From contig JAJRSO010000061.1 of assembly GCA_024278755.1 (NCBI GenBank), positions 114,938 to 178,937 of the forward strand: DNA of 64,000 nt. Reading direction: 5' to 3'. This stretch comes from Calditrichota bacterium. Its GTDB lineage: Bacteria; Calditrichota; Calditrichia; Calditrichales; Calditrichaceae. Under the pieces are notes generated by a model. It ran no database searches. It was not told the DNA's origin and saw only the letters and a list, made by a program, of their open reading frames with translations. How positions within the stretch are numbered: position 1 is the first letter of the stretch; each line of letters opens with the position of its first letter. Shown piece after piece: positions 18,179-26,648 of this stretch. The translations under genes and the position numbers were made by a program.

Positions 18179-19452
18179 TCTTCTGCTTTCCTGGCGATGT
18201 ACAATAAATAAACCATTAGAATACCGTTGAATATAAGCCCTGTCAGGGAAAAAAAGAAGAGGGAATAATAGGCGCTGTTAAAAAAAACAAATCCTGCGTA
18301 AAGCGAAGCGGCCCGGAAGAGGAGCAGAAAAATATCATAGATCACCATCTGCTTCTGGCGGTTTAAGATAGCGATTATAAATGTGATAGGCGAATTTATG
18401 AACATCACAAAGAGCCAGGGAAGCAGGATCAAAGCATAGGCGCCCGCTGTTTCCCATTCGGCGCCAAAGATAAATCCAAAAAAGAAACTGAGGGCGAACA
18501 ACGCAGTAAAAAGGGGGATGGCCGTCAGAAATAGTTTTTTATAAATACGTTTTATAAACCGGTAGAAGCCGCTCTTTTTATTGTAAATATTCGCCGCCTG
18601 CTGATAAAAAACCTGTCCCACCGATTGCCCGATTAATCCGGTCGGCGCGCCGATGATGCGGTTGGCCAGCCCGTAGTAAGCGACGGAAGAGATGCCGAAA
18701 AAGCGGGTTAGTAAAAAAACCGGCAGTTGATTGGAGAGGGTGTTTAAAAGCCCCATTAATGTGTTGAAGAGAGGGAAATTTTTATAGAGTAGAGCAAGCC
18801 GCAGCATTCGTTGCGGCGTTACTTCGCGCAGCAGGCCGCGCTGTTTTTTAAAAAAAGAGACGCCCAGAGTCAGGGCGGAAATAAATTGCCCGGCAATAAG
18901 ACCGGGAATTAAACCCAGCGTTTCAAAGCCCCCGGCTCCTCCGCCTAACTGCGCTGTTGCCGCTGTTCCGGATTTTAGTACCTTGGCATAGGAGATTGTT
19001 TTAAAATATTTTTGCCGGTTATGCCAATAACTGAAGGATTGAAAAAAACCAACCAATAAAACGCTAATCGGGATAAAAGAGAGCCAGGGGCCAATGGCGT
19101 CATTCTCTAAAAAGAGTAGAATGGCGTCATAAAATAAATAGAGTAAAAGGGCAGATAAAAAACTGACGGTTAACGCCGCGCTGAGACTGACAGCCAGCAG
19201 ATTAACCGCATCGCTTTCCTTTTCGGGCAAAACAGTGGTTAGTTCGTATTTTAAGGTCGAAAAGACGGCCAAAACCGCCAGGGCGGAAGCGTAAATAAAA
19301 TAGAGGCCGAAGATTGCTTCGCTGAACATACGGGTTAAAAATGGCGCGGCGGCGAGGGGAATTAGCTGCGCTACTATGGTGCCGCTGAACAGCGTAAACG
19401 TGTTTTTAAAAAAGTCGTTTGCTGTTAATTTTTTCAGGATGGATTTTTTCAT
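18175..19452 (-). CDS. polysaccharide flippase (Wzx/MOP superfamily)
   Basis: 425 aa, multi-spanning hydrophobic protein with the usual Wzx-like layout; 4-nt overlap with CapA gene. Confidence 0.8.
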   Translation of the reverse strand: MKKSILKKLTANDFFKNTFTLFSGTIVAQLIPLAAAPFLTRMFSEAIFGLYFIYASALAVLAVFSTLKYELTTVLPEKESDAVNLLAVSLSAALTVSFLSALLLYLFYDAILLFLENDAIGPWLSFIPISVLLVGFFQSFSYWHNRQKYFKTISYAKVLKSGTAATAQLGGGAGGFETLGLIPGLIAGQFISALTLGVSFFKKQRGLLREVTPQRMLRLALLYKNFPLFNTLMGLLNTLSNQLPVFLLTRFFGISSVAYYGLANRIIGAPTGLIGQSVGQVFYQQAANIYNKKSGFYRFIKRIYKKLFLTAIPLFTALFALSFFFGFIFGAEWETAGAYALILLPWLFVMFINSPITFIIAILNRQKQMVIYDIFLLLFRAASLYAGFVFFNSAYYSLFFFSLTGLIFNGILMVYLLYIARKAEE

Positions 19453-19853
19453 AAAACCGATTATCAGGATTCTTCTTTGTTAGTAAATACCGTTTCAATA
19501 TTAATGAGGATGCTCCAACGTTCTCCTTTAGCAGACCCAATGCGGATAATGCGTTGTTTTCCCTGCATTCTTTTAAAGATTGTTTTTTACAGCCGTTACA
19601 CTGGTATTTAAAAGTATACTCATTTTTATTATAGACGAGTAAGGTCTTTTTTAATAGCGAAGAATATTTTTACGTTATTTTTTCCCCACTTTTTTGCCGT
19701 TATTTCCCAATTATTTAAAAAAGCCAATAAAGGTTTGGGCGCTTTTTCGACTGTATTTGGAATCTCCTGGCGAAAGAACGGCCTGTTTTATTCCACCGAT
19801 CGATTCCTTCAGTTCAACTTGTTCATTTCCGGTATATGGCATGTCGTTTGTTC

Positions 19854-20966
19854 CTAAGAATGATTCATACGTTTATAAATCTGCAATAATTCCCGGCTCT
19901 CATTTTCCCAACATAATTCTTTTGCCGCTTTTCTACAATTCTCTTTCCACCTTTGCAGCCGCTGCGAATCGGACAACATGACGTTAATTCCGTCGGCGAT
20001 ATCCTGTGAATTTTCGGAATTAACGGTTAAGCCCACATCAAAACGGGAAATATAATCCACCATGGTGGGCGTGTTGCCGGCCAGTACGGGCACACCGGAC
20101 ATAATATATTCGAAAAATTTATTGGGCAGGGCAAATTTATGGTTTTCGGAAACAGGCTCCAGCAGGGTCGCCGCAATATCTGCCTGGCTGGCAAAATCAA
20201 CGATTAAACGATTGGGCACAAAGGGACGGAAAATAACCCGCTGGTCCAGTTTAAGTTTCCGTACCAGTTTCCGCAAAGCAAATTTGAGCATGCCTTCTCC
20301 TACGAGAAGCAGCGTTACGTTGTCTGTCAGTGCAATGGCCCGGATTAGATTTTCCAGTCCGCGGTGTGGCATAAAATAGCCGTGAAACAGAACGACGGGA
20401 CGGGGAAGCTGTAATTGATATTCCGGCGGTTCAGGCGTTTTGGGCTCATGAAAATTCGGCACATTGCGGATGATGGCAATCTGTTTCAAATATGAATAGT
20501 GCGCACGGTAGCGCTCGGCAATGGGCTCGGAAACGGTGATCAGCGTATCTAAAAAAGGTGCGATTTTACGCTCGAACCAGAGCCAAAAATCTCGTTTTAA
20601 CGGGCGCTTTTGATAGACGCCCAACCCTGGAAAAAATTCGTGGGCATCGTAAATCAGGCGGCTGGGATTAAAGAGCTGACGGATGAGAACGGCGGGCACG
20701 ACCCAGAGGCCGCGCAGATGAATCACCTCGAATCTTCGAAATAGAATACGCAGCAGCAGAACAAAATTAAACCAGATAAATTTAAGCGGGCCGCCGCTGA
20801 AAGGAACCGAAATATGGATCAATTTAAAAGGTATTTTACGGTTGCTGCTTGCAGCGATGGAAATGGCTTCCGGTTCGAATCCGGCTTCACGGGCTGTCTC
20901 CATTTCGTTTAATACTCGTCGGCGGTTCTCAATGGGATCGATGCTGATGAATAAAATTGTTTTCAT
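19854..20966 (-). CDS. GT-B fold glycosyltransferase (family 4-like)
   Basis: 370 aa; C-terminal donor-binding region ...ALPNKFFEYIMSGVPVLAGNT... Confidence 0.85.
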   Translation of the reverse strand: MKTILFISIDPIENRRRVLNEMETAREAGFEPEAISIAASSNRKIPFKLIHISVPFSGGPLKFIWFNFVLLLRILFRRFEVIHLRGLWVVPAVLIRQLFNPSRLIYDAHEFFPGLGVYQKRPLKRDFWLWFERKIAPFLDTLITVSEPIAERYRAHYSYLKQIAIIRNVPNFHEPKTPEPPEYQLQLPRPVVLFHGYFMPHRGLENLIRAIALTDNVTLLLVGEGMLKFALRKLVRKLKLDQRVIFRPFVPNRLIVDFASQADIAATLLEPVSENHKFALPNKFFEYIMSGVPVLAGNTPTMVDYISRFDVGLTVNSENSQDIADGINVMLSDSQRLQRWKENCRKAAKELCWENESRELLQIYKRMNHS

Positions 20967-22543
20967 GGCGAACCGTGGGTTAGGATAAAGGTTTTCTGCC
21001 TGTTTTTATTTTGAATATACAGCAAGCGGTCCTTTACCGTAAAGGAAATATCCGCACCCTCGATTTTTGGCGGCGCTGCCGATTTAGGCAAAAGCAGCGT
21101 AAACGCTTCAATCTCAGCCGGAAAGATGAATTGGATTTTGCCGTCCGGAAGGTGCTGCATGCAGATGGCCCGGCGTTGCGCTATCCAGCGACTATGCTTG
21201 CTTAGGGTGACAATCCAGGGTTTTTCCTGCTCTAATAAATTGATAAATTCCTGCCAGATTTTCACATAATTTGCGGGCTGCAAAATATGATTGGTATGCC
21301 ACAGAGCGGTGAATAGTCCACCGTGCCGTTTCACCCGATTCATAATCTGTTTAATTTCTTTTATTGATACTTCTGCTTTAGCCCCTTCGTTTGGCAGGGT
21401 ATTTTCGAAGAAATTTGTAGGAATAACCAGAATCTGTTTTTTACGTTCGTTTACAAAATAGGGACGGGTTGTACCGGAGCGGAAACCGCTTCGGCGACTG
21501 TATGATAGAGTGGTTTCGTAGTCCAGGTCTAAGCGGGCGGCGATGTCCCATATTTTGGGGAAAAGGGCGCGCAGATAATGATGGCGCATTCCTTTAAGTG
21601 TTATGCCGGAAACACACTCTAATTTTCGCTTCTCTGCCACATAGCGTCCGGGATGCTCAAAGGCAAAACGGCTGGGATGCAGCGCGATTTCGTGCTGCCG
21701 CGCGGTTAGCTTTTTTAGAAGCGTTTTTATTTTTCGGCCATTAATGCGGTAACGGAAATGGCGCCCTTCCAAATAGCGGGCAATGAAGAAAAAGGTAGCC
21801 TGCCAGTTTTTGTTGCTATAAAACGATAAAAGCTGCTCAAATCCCCAATGACGCTGATCCTGGTTTTCAATGTCCTGTACAGTCAAACCCGGTGTGAATC
21901 CTGCGCGGGCTTTCAGTTTTAAAAAGGCTTTTTTAAGCGGATGAAAAGCGCGGACAAAATCCACATCGTGTGTCAGGGCGACGGCGAATGCTTGTCCCGC
22001 GGGCCAGGCGGCTTTTTTTATCAGCGGAATTTCTAAGTCTTCCGTTTTTTGTTCCAGCCATTGCGCGAAATGATCGGTCAGAATGTCCACCACCGGAAGC
22101 TGAACCCCGCCGTAGGCGTACAGGATACTCTCCCGGCCTTCGGGGTCCATTTGATCGGGATGGCTAAAAACGCTTTCTTCGATACGCATCAAATGATAAT
22201 AGACGTTGGCGAAAATATCAAAGTTAAAACAGTTGCTGTGCGGCGAGTGTAACACCGTGCCGGTGAGCAGGGGAACTGTTTGGCCGTCAAATTCCATCTC
22301 TTCCCAGGAAGACTGTTTTTCCTTTAAACGGTCGGGAGGCCGCAGAGCGGGAATATGCAGGCAGGGCCGAGGTGCTTTTGTTTCGGTTTCTGCAGGGGCA
22401 TATTCCAGAAAAAGCCCGACCGTTTCGGCGGCTTCTGCCGGATCAATCCAGGAATAAAAAAAACCGCCATTATCTAAAATAGTGCTGAGAATGCTTTGCA
22501 CCTCCGGCGTACTTAATTCATTTTTCAGACAGTAAATTTGCAT
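20963..22543 (-). CDS. polysaccharide deacetylase-like (CE4-type) protein with extra N-terminal domain
   Basis: 526 aa; FAVALTHDVDFV and downstream His-containing motifs resemble CE4 deacetylases; assignment by eye only. Confidence 0.6.
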   Translation of the reverse strand: MQIYCLKNELSTPEVQSILSTILDNGGFFYSWIDPAEAAETVGLFLEYAPAETETKAPRPCLHIPALRPPDRLKEKQSSWEEMEFDGQTVPLLTGTVLHSPHSNCFNFDIFANVYYHLMRIEESVFSHPDQMDPEGRESILYAYGGVQLPVVDILTDHFAQWLEQKTEDLEIPLIKKAAWPAGQAFAVALTHDVDFVRAFHPLKKAFLKLKARAGFTPGLTVQDIENQDQRHWGFEQLLSFYSNKNWQATFFFIARYLEGRHFRYRINGRKIKTLLKKLTARQHEIALHPSRFAFEHPGRYVAEKRKLECVSGITLKGMRHHYLRALFPKIWDIAARLDLDYETTLSYSRRSGFRSGTTRPYFVNERKKQILVIPTNFFENTLPNEGAKAEVSIKEIKQIMNRVKRHGGLFTALWHTNHILQPANYVKIWQEFINLLEQEKPWIVTLSKHSRWIAQRRAICMQHLPDGKIQFIFPAEIEAFTLLLPKSAAPPKIEGADISFTVKDRLLYIQNKNRQKTFILTHGSP

Positions 22544-23565
22544 CAGGCCGTACCGCGGGATTTACGCATCCAGAGCCGTTGTTTTCGGCGCAGGGTGGTC
22601 AGTAGTTTAATCCAAAGATTTTTTTGATATATCACGCGGAAGGTCGGCTGTAAGCTGCCGCCGAAGCTGCGCTTAAACTGTTCGAATTCCGGTGTGTTGG
22701 CGCCGAGAAAATCGAAGGTACGCCCTTCAAAGCCGGGCAGGGCAAGGATTTCGGAATACAAATACTCGGAACCGTATGCCGCGCGAAAGGCCGCCGACAT
22801 TCCGGCAAAGAAAGAAAATACATGGCCTTCGTCAAAGCCCACGATGATGCCGGCTGCAGGCGTTTTATCCAGAAGCAGATAGAAAACACGGCCCAGCCTT
22901 TGACCCAGCATTGCGTTAAAAACCGGTTCCATCTGCGCGCGAGGCAGGGGCGGTTTTAATCCGTGCTGCCGGTAGCTGTCAAAAATAAAATCCATAAGCG
23001 GATGCAGTGTATCCGATTCTTCCAAACACAGGTTTCCCTGGCGGCATTTTTTAATCTTTCGGCGCAGCGCCTGGCTGTACTGTTGGGGCAGTTCGTCCGC
23101 GGACAGGATGGGAAAACGATAGGTGTAGCGGGTCTCTTCTTTAAATCCGCGCCACAGGTAAGGGCGAATGTCGCTACTTCCCGGGGGGAGGGTTAGGTCG
23201 ATATAATCAAACCGCTCCATCAGATAATCCAGCAAACGACCGGTGATTTCATTGCGCGCCGCTGCCGCCGATGATGCTTTTTGAGAACTGTCTGCTGCAA
23301 GCAGAATACCCTGGTACGGCGTCAGCGCAGCCTGTGTTATGGCCCGGATACCGCCCGTTTTTTTAGGCCAGTATAAAATACCGCCCCGGATGGTTTCATC
23401 CGTGAGGGCGACCAGAATGCGGAAATCACGGCCGGTAACGGTTTTGAGGATTTCCGCCCAGGCTGTGCCGAAATAGAGGGAGCCCAGCGGCGCCTGCAAA
23501 ACAAAACGATCCCAGCGTGTGTATTCTCCGGGATCGAGATGGACTATTTTAAACGGTTTGGACAT
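22543..23565 (-). CDS. FemAB / BioF2-like GNAT acyl- or aminoacyl-transferase
   Basis: 340 aa; overall resemblance to Acetyltransf_6/FemAB-family proteins of EPS loci; TGATG overlap with downstream gene. Confidence 0.65.
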   Translation of the reverse strand: MSKPFKIVHLDPGEYTRWDRFVLQAPLGSLYFGTAWAEILKTVTGRDFRILVALTDETIRGGILYWPKKTGGIRAITQAALTPYQGILLAADSSQKASSAAAARNEITGRLLDYLMERFDYIDLTLPPGSSDIRPYLWRGFKEETRYTYRFPILSADELPQQYSQALRRKIKKCRQGNLCLEESDTLHPLMDFIFDSYRQHGLKPPLPRAQMEPVFNAMLGQRLGRVFYLLLDKTPAAGIIVGFDEGHVFSFFAGMSAAFRAAYGSEYLYSEILALPGFEGRTFDFLGANTPEFEQFKRSFGGSLQPTFRVIYQKNLWIKLLTTLRRKQRLWMRKSRGTA

Positions 23566-23641
23566 ATTGGTTTTAACCCATAAAACAATCGCCGGATTGT
23601 TTTAAATCAGATGTTTAGATACTGTTCAACAATTTTTTAAA

Positions 23642-23716
23642 CGCTTCTAATCTGCAAAAGCTTAGAAGCTTGGTAATGATATTAGAATGCTTCTAATCCT
23701 TAGAGGCATAGAAGCG
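23642..23716. repeat. cluster of five GCTTCTAA / TTAGAAGC half-sites forming nested inverted repeats
   Basis: cGCTTCTAAtc (23642), aagcTTAGAAGCtt (23658), ATTAGAAtGCTTCTAAT (23681-23697, 7-bp arms), TAGAAGCg (23709); outer 8-mers CGCTTCTA/TAGAAGCG are reverse complements. Confidence 0.6.
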
Positions 23717-23727
23717 GTATGTTGCCG

Positions 23728-24645
23728 CTAACCCCGGCCAAGCAGACGGGCAATGACCGCCTTCTGCACGTGCATACGGTTTTCCGCTTCATCGAACACG
23801 ATGGATTGTTTGCTGTCCACCACGTCATCGGTAATTTCGTCGCCGCGGTGTGCCGGCAGACAGTGCATCACATAAGCATCCTTGCGGGCGTGCTTCATTA
23901 ATTCGCTGTTTACCTGATAGGGCATAAAAATTTTACGGCGTTCGGCGGCTTCCGCTTCCTGCCCCATGCTGGCCCAGACGTCTGTGTAGACTACGTCCGC
24001 ATCTTTCACTGCGGCGACGGGATTGGCCAGGACTTCCACTTTGCTCAATCCGGCCTGTGCCGCGAAATCCAGGGTCGCCTTATCCGGTTCGTATCCGCCC
24101 GGCGCACAAATCACCAGATGCATCGGCAACTTGGCCGCGAGATTAATCCAGGAATTGGCAATGTTGTTGCCGTCGCCGATATAGGTTATTTTTAAATCAT
24201 TCAGATTGCCTCGATGTTCTTTCACGGTAAAGATATCCGCCATAATCTGGCAGGGATGGTTGTAATCGGTTAGGCCGTTAATCACCGGAACGGTGGCGTA
24301 TTCGGCCAGTTCCAGCATATGATCGTGTGAAAACAGACGGGCCATGATAATATCATTATAGCGCGAAATCACACGGGCAATATCTTTAACCGCTTCGCGT
24401 TTACCGATACCGATATCATTGGGCGAAAGGTAGAGCGCGTAGCCCCCCAGTTGGTACATGCCGGTTTCAAAAGAGATGCGCGTGCGGGCTGACGGTTTGG
24501 CAAAGATCATTGACATGGTCAGACCTTTACAAATATGGTGCTCTTCCCGTTTTTTTGTTTTAGCCTTTAGCTCGGCGGTTAACTCAAAAATACTTTCGAT
24601 TTCCTCGCGGGAATAGTCCGCAATCGATACAAAATCTTTATTCAT
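23728..24645 (-). CDS. argF: ornithine carbamoyltransferase
   Basis: 305 aa; SARTRISFE carbamoyl-phosphate motif, DYNHPCQIMAD (HPxQ), HCLPAHRGDE. Confidence 0.9.
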   Translation of the reverse strand: MNKDFVSIADYSREEIESIFELTAELKAKTKKREEHHICKGLTMSMIFAKPSARTRISFETGMYQLGGYALYLSPNDIGIGKREAVKDIARVISRYNDIIMARLFSHDHMLELAEYATVPVINGLTDYNHPCQIMADIFTVKEHRGNLNDLKITYIGDGNNIANSWINLAAKLPMHLVICAPGGYEPDKATLDFAAQAGLSKVEVLANPVAAVKDADVVYTDVWASMGQEAEAAERRKIFMPYQVNSELMKHARKDAYVMHCLPAHRGDEITDDVVDSKQSIVFDEAENRMHVQKAVIARLLGRG

Positions 24646-25166
24646 ACAAGAATCCTCTAAATAGTTGAATTATGTGTTTATAGTATTCAGATTTATAATC
24701 TTAGGAATTTACACATAACAGGGGAAAAAGAAAACCCAAAAGGAGAAATACCAGGAAACAAATACCAAATGGCAACTAAATCTCAAAAAGCAATTTTTAA
24801 AATACAAACTTTTGCCACAGAGGTCACAAAGCTTGTTAACGGACGATTGAAGATTAATGAACGCAGATTGCAGAAATTTTTAACGGTACGAATTTCAACA
24901 GCCTTCGCGCCGCAATCGGTTATATGGGACGACAAAGCAATCCACCCTCAATTGCAAGGAATCACTTCGCCCTTCGTTCTTGTGAAGACGATCAATTAAG
25001 AGAGTTAAAAATCAAAACAGAAATTACTCCCAAAACTCAAATTACAAATCTACAATCGATAGGCTTAAACATTCTTTGTGTCCTCCGCAGCAACTAATTG
25101 AATTTTGTAATTTGTTTATTAGTAATTGTGTTTTAACTTAGAGCGGTCGAATTAGCGGGAAATACA

Positions 25167-25931
25167 ATGAAACATCCAGTTTTATCTTTTCTCTTTCGTC
25201 TTGTGTCTTTCGCCTTGTTGTTTACGATATGCTATCCGATACTCTCGTGCAGAGAAGAAGCACCTAATCTAAAAAAAGCCGATCGGCTTAGTGCACAGGG
25301 TTTATACATACAGGCGGAAGAATTTTTAAGAACGGCGCTAAGCAAGAATTACGTAGACACTATGCAGTATATGCGTATCCGCAATCGGTTAAAAATCATT
25401 TACCGTTTTCGTTTTTTTAAACCATTGGACACATTGATAGCCGCGAAAAAATGGCAGCAAGCGTCTGTTGAGTGGTATCGTCTAAACAACGCTTTAAAAG
25501 ACTCCTCCGAAAAGACCATGCACTTTTATGGCTTTGATCTTTTTCATAAAAAAAGTCGTATCGATAGCGCCATGGGTAGCAAAAAGGCTTATTGGAGCGC
25601 GATAAAAAAAGGACTGCAATTTCCTTCGACAAATACAAAGTATATCCGTCAAAAATATGAAGAACTGGGATTTTATTTAGCCGAACAGGATAGCCTGGAA
25701 GAAGCCCGGGCCATGTTCGATCGTTCTTTACGCATTCTCCGTGTAACAGAACTGAGCGACTCTTTAAAAGAAATCTACTTTTCCTATATGGAAGGACATT
25801 TTGAAGGCTGTCTGCATTTATTGAAATCACTGCCGGATACCGTAAAAGACAATCACTGGAGAAATTTGCAGTTTTTTCTGGATAAATATGGAAAAGAACT
25901 CACTCTGGATGAGCGTTTTAAATTATGGTAA
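25167..25931 (+). CDS. hypothetical lipoprotein, helical
   Basis: 254 aa; signal peptide with lipobox ...CYPILSC. Confidence 0.7.
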   Translation: MKHPVLSFLFRLVSFALLFTICYPILSCREEAPNLKKADRLSAQGLYIQAEEFLRTALSKNYVDTMQYMRIRNRLKIIYRFRFFKPLDTLIAAKKWQQASVEWYRLNNALKDSSEKTMHFYGFDLFHKKSRIDSAMGSKKAYWSAIKKGLQFPSTNTKYIRQKYEELGFYLAEQDSLEEARAMFDRSLRILRVTELSDSLKEIYFSYMEGHFEGCLHLLKSLPDTVKDNHWRNLQFFLDKYGKELTLDERFKLW

Positions 25932-25969
25932 GCGGTACTTATGCGTAGTACGAAAAAAGTTACATTCTA

Positions 25970-25998
25970 TTGACATACAAAAAGAATATTCTTATCTT
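25970..25998 (+). promoter_or_regulatory. sigma70-like promoter candidate TTGACA-N17-TATCTT for the tRNA locus
   Basis: TTGACA 25970-25975, 17-nt spacer, TATCTT 25993-25998; about 50 nt upstream of the first tRNA-like element. Confidence 0.4.
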
Positions 25999-26049
25999 TG
26001 GCAACTCATTTACGGAATCGTTCAATTAGGAGAGATTCCAAATGATTCT

Positions 26050-26113
26050 TGCGGGATCGTCTAGTGGCAGGACGTCCCGATTCTCGGGATAGCCGCCGGC
26101 TACTAGGGAAGGC
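26050..26113 (+). pseudogene. tRNA-Gln-derived element: 5' 25 nt identical to tRNA-Gln, anticodon arm replaced, 3' half degenerate
   Basis: TGCGGGATCGTCTAGTGGCAGGACG is identical to 26141-26165; then GTCCCGATTCTCGGGAT (26074-26090) replaces the CTG anticodon arm; no 3' acceptor strand complementary to TGCGGGA. Confidence 0.6.
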
Positions 26114-26140
26114 TCTTTTAAATTAAGTATATGTTTTATT

Positions 26141-26211
26141 TGCGGGATCGTCTAGTGGCAGGACGCCTGGTTCTGGCCCAGGTAGCCGGGGTTCGAATCC
26201 CTGTCCCGCAG
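26141..26211 (+). tRNA. tRNA-Gln (anticodon CTG)
   Basis: Cloverleaf folded by hand: acceptor TGCGGGA/TCCCGCA, anticodon stem CCTGG/CCAGG, loop TTCTGGC (CTG at 26173-26175), T-loop TTCGAAT; no encoded CCA. Confidence 0.9.
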
Positions 26212-26234
26212 CACAGTTCTTTACAGCACCATCT

Positions 26235-26308
26235 GCGCCCATAGCTCAACTGGATAGAGCGTTTGGCTACGGACCAAGAGGTTGGGGGTTCGAATCCTCC
26301 TGGGCGTA
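26235..26308 (+). tRNA. tRNA-Arg (anticodon ACG)
   Basis: GCGCCCATAGCTCAACTGGATAGAGC D-arm typical of tRNA-Arg; loop CTACGGA (ACG at 26269-26271); T-arm GGGGG-TTCGAAT-CCTCC. Confidence 0.9.
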
Positions 26309-26312
26309 CATT

Positions 26313-26342
26313 AAAAAAAGCACTCGTAATGGGTGCTTTTTT
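26313..26342. terminator. bidirectional rho-independent terminator AAAAAAAGCAC-tcgtaatgg-GTGCTTTTTT
   Basis: A-run / GC core / T-run hairpin immediately after tRNA-Arg. Confidence 0.6.
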
Positions 26343-26360
26343 ACATCTGATGTTTTTTTT

Positions 26361-26427
26361 GGCGCGTTCGTCTATTGGTTTAGGACGTCCCGATTCTCGG
26401 GATAACACGGGTTTCGTGTTTGCGCCG
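26361..26427 (+). ncRNA. tRNA-Glu-derived compact cloverleaf (copy 1), not a canonical tRNA
   Basis: Acceptor GGCGCG/TGCGCC, D-arm as tRNA-Glu, anticodon-position hairpin TCCCG-ATTCT-CGGGA, T-position hairpin AACACG-GGTTT-CGTGTT; both loops 5 nt, no TTCGA T-loop. Confidence 0.5.
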
Positions 26428-26504
26428 GAAAGCAACACACATTCGTTGTTCATTGATTTATGCACGAATGTAGACAACTGATTTTTTTATTTGTAGTTTT
26501 TTTT

Positions 26505-26571
26505 GGCGCGTTCGTCTAGTGGTTTAGGACGTCCCGATTCTCGGGATAACACGGGTTTCGTGTTTGCGCCA
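26505..26571 (+). ncRNA. tRNA-Glu-derived compact cloverleaf (copy 2)
   Basis: Same as copy 1; its first 27 nt are identical to genuine tRNA-Glu at 26649-26675. Confidence 0.5.
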
Positions 26572-26648
26572 GAAAGCAACACACATTCGTTGTTCATTGA
26601 TTTATGCACGAATGTAGACAACTGATTTTTTTATTTGTAGTTTTTTTT

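Noticed and set aside
19694-19981. 95-aa + strand ORF
   Set aside because: It overlaps the 3' end of the GT4 gene on the opposite strand and the AT-rich gap. It has no RBS or recognisable motif.
24666-24689. TGAAT-N14-ATTCA palindrome upstream of argF as an ArgR (ARG box) operator
   Set aside because: The half-sites match the ARG-box arms, but canonical boxes have a 4-nt centre (TGAAT-N4-ATTCA). The spacing here is wrong, so only a weak possibility remains.
24769-24999. 76-aa ORF in the argF-upstream spacer
   Set aside because: It has no RBS and lies across the interspersed repeat and CAAAT-rich tracts. Its composition is unlike the neighbouring genes, so it is probably non-coding.
26136-26481. 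ORF-track entries 26136-26477 (-, 113 aa) and 26263-26481 (+, 72 aa)
   Set aside because: They lie entirely over tRNA-Gln, tRNA-Arg, a terminator and the tRNA-like repeat. The translations are low-complexity with no RBS, so these are spurious ORFs.
26361-26571. tRNA-like units as suppressor tRNAs explaining the three in-frame stops
   Set aside because: The loop reads ATTCT (GATTCTC in 7-nt numbering). It contains no CTA, TTA or TCA anticodon, and the T-loop is non-canonical. There is no support for stop-codon decoding.
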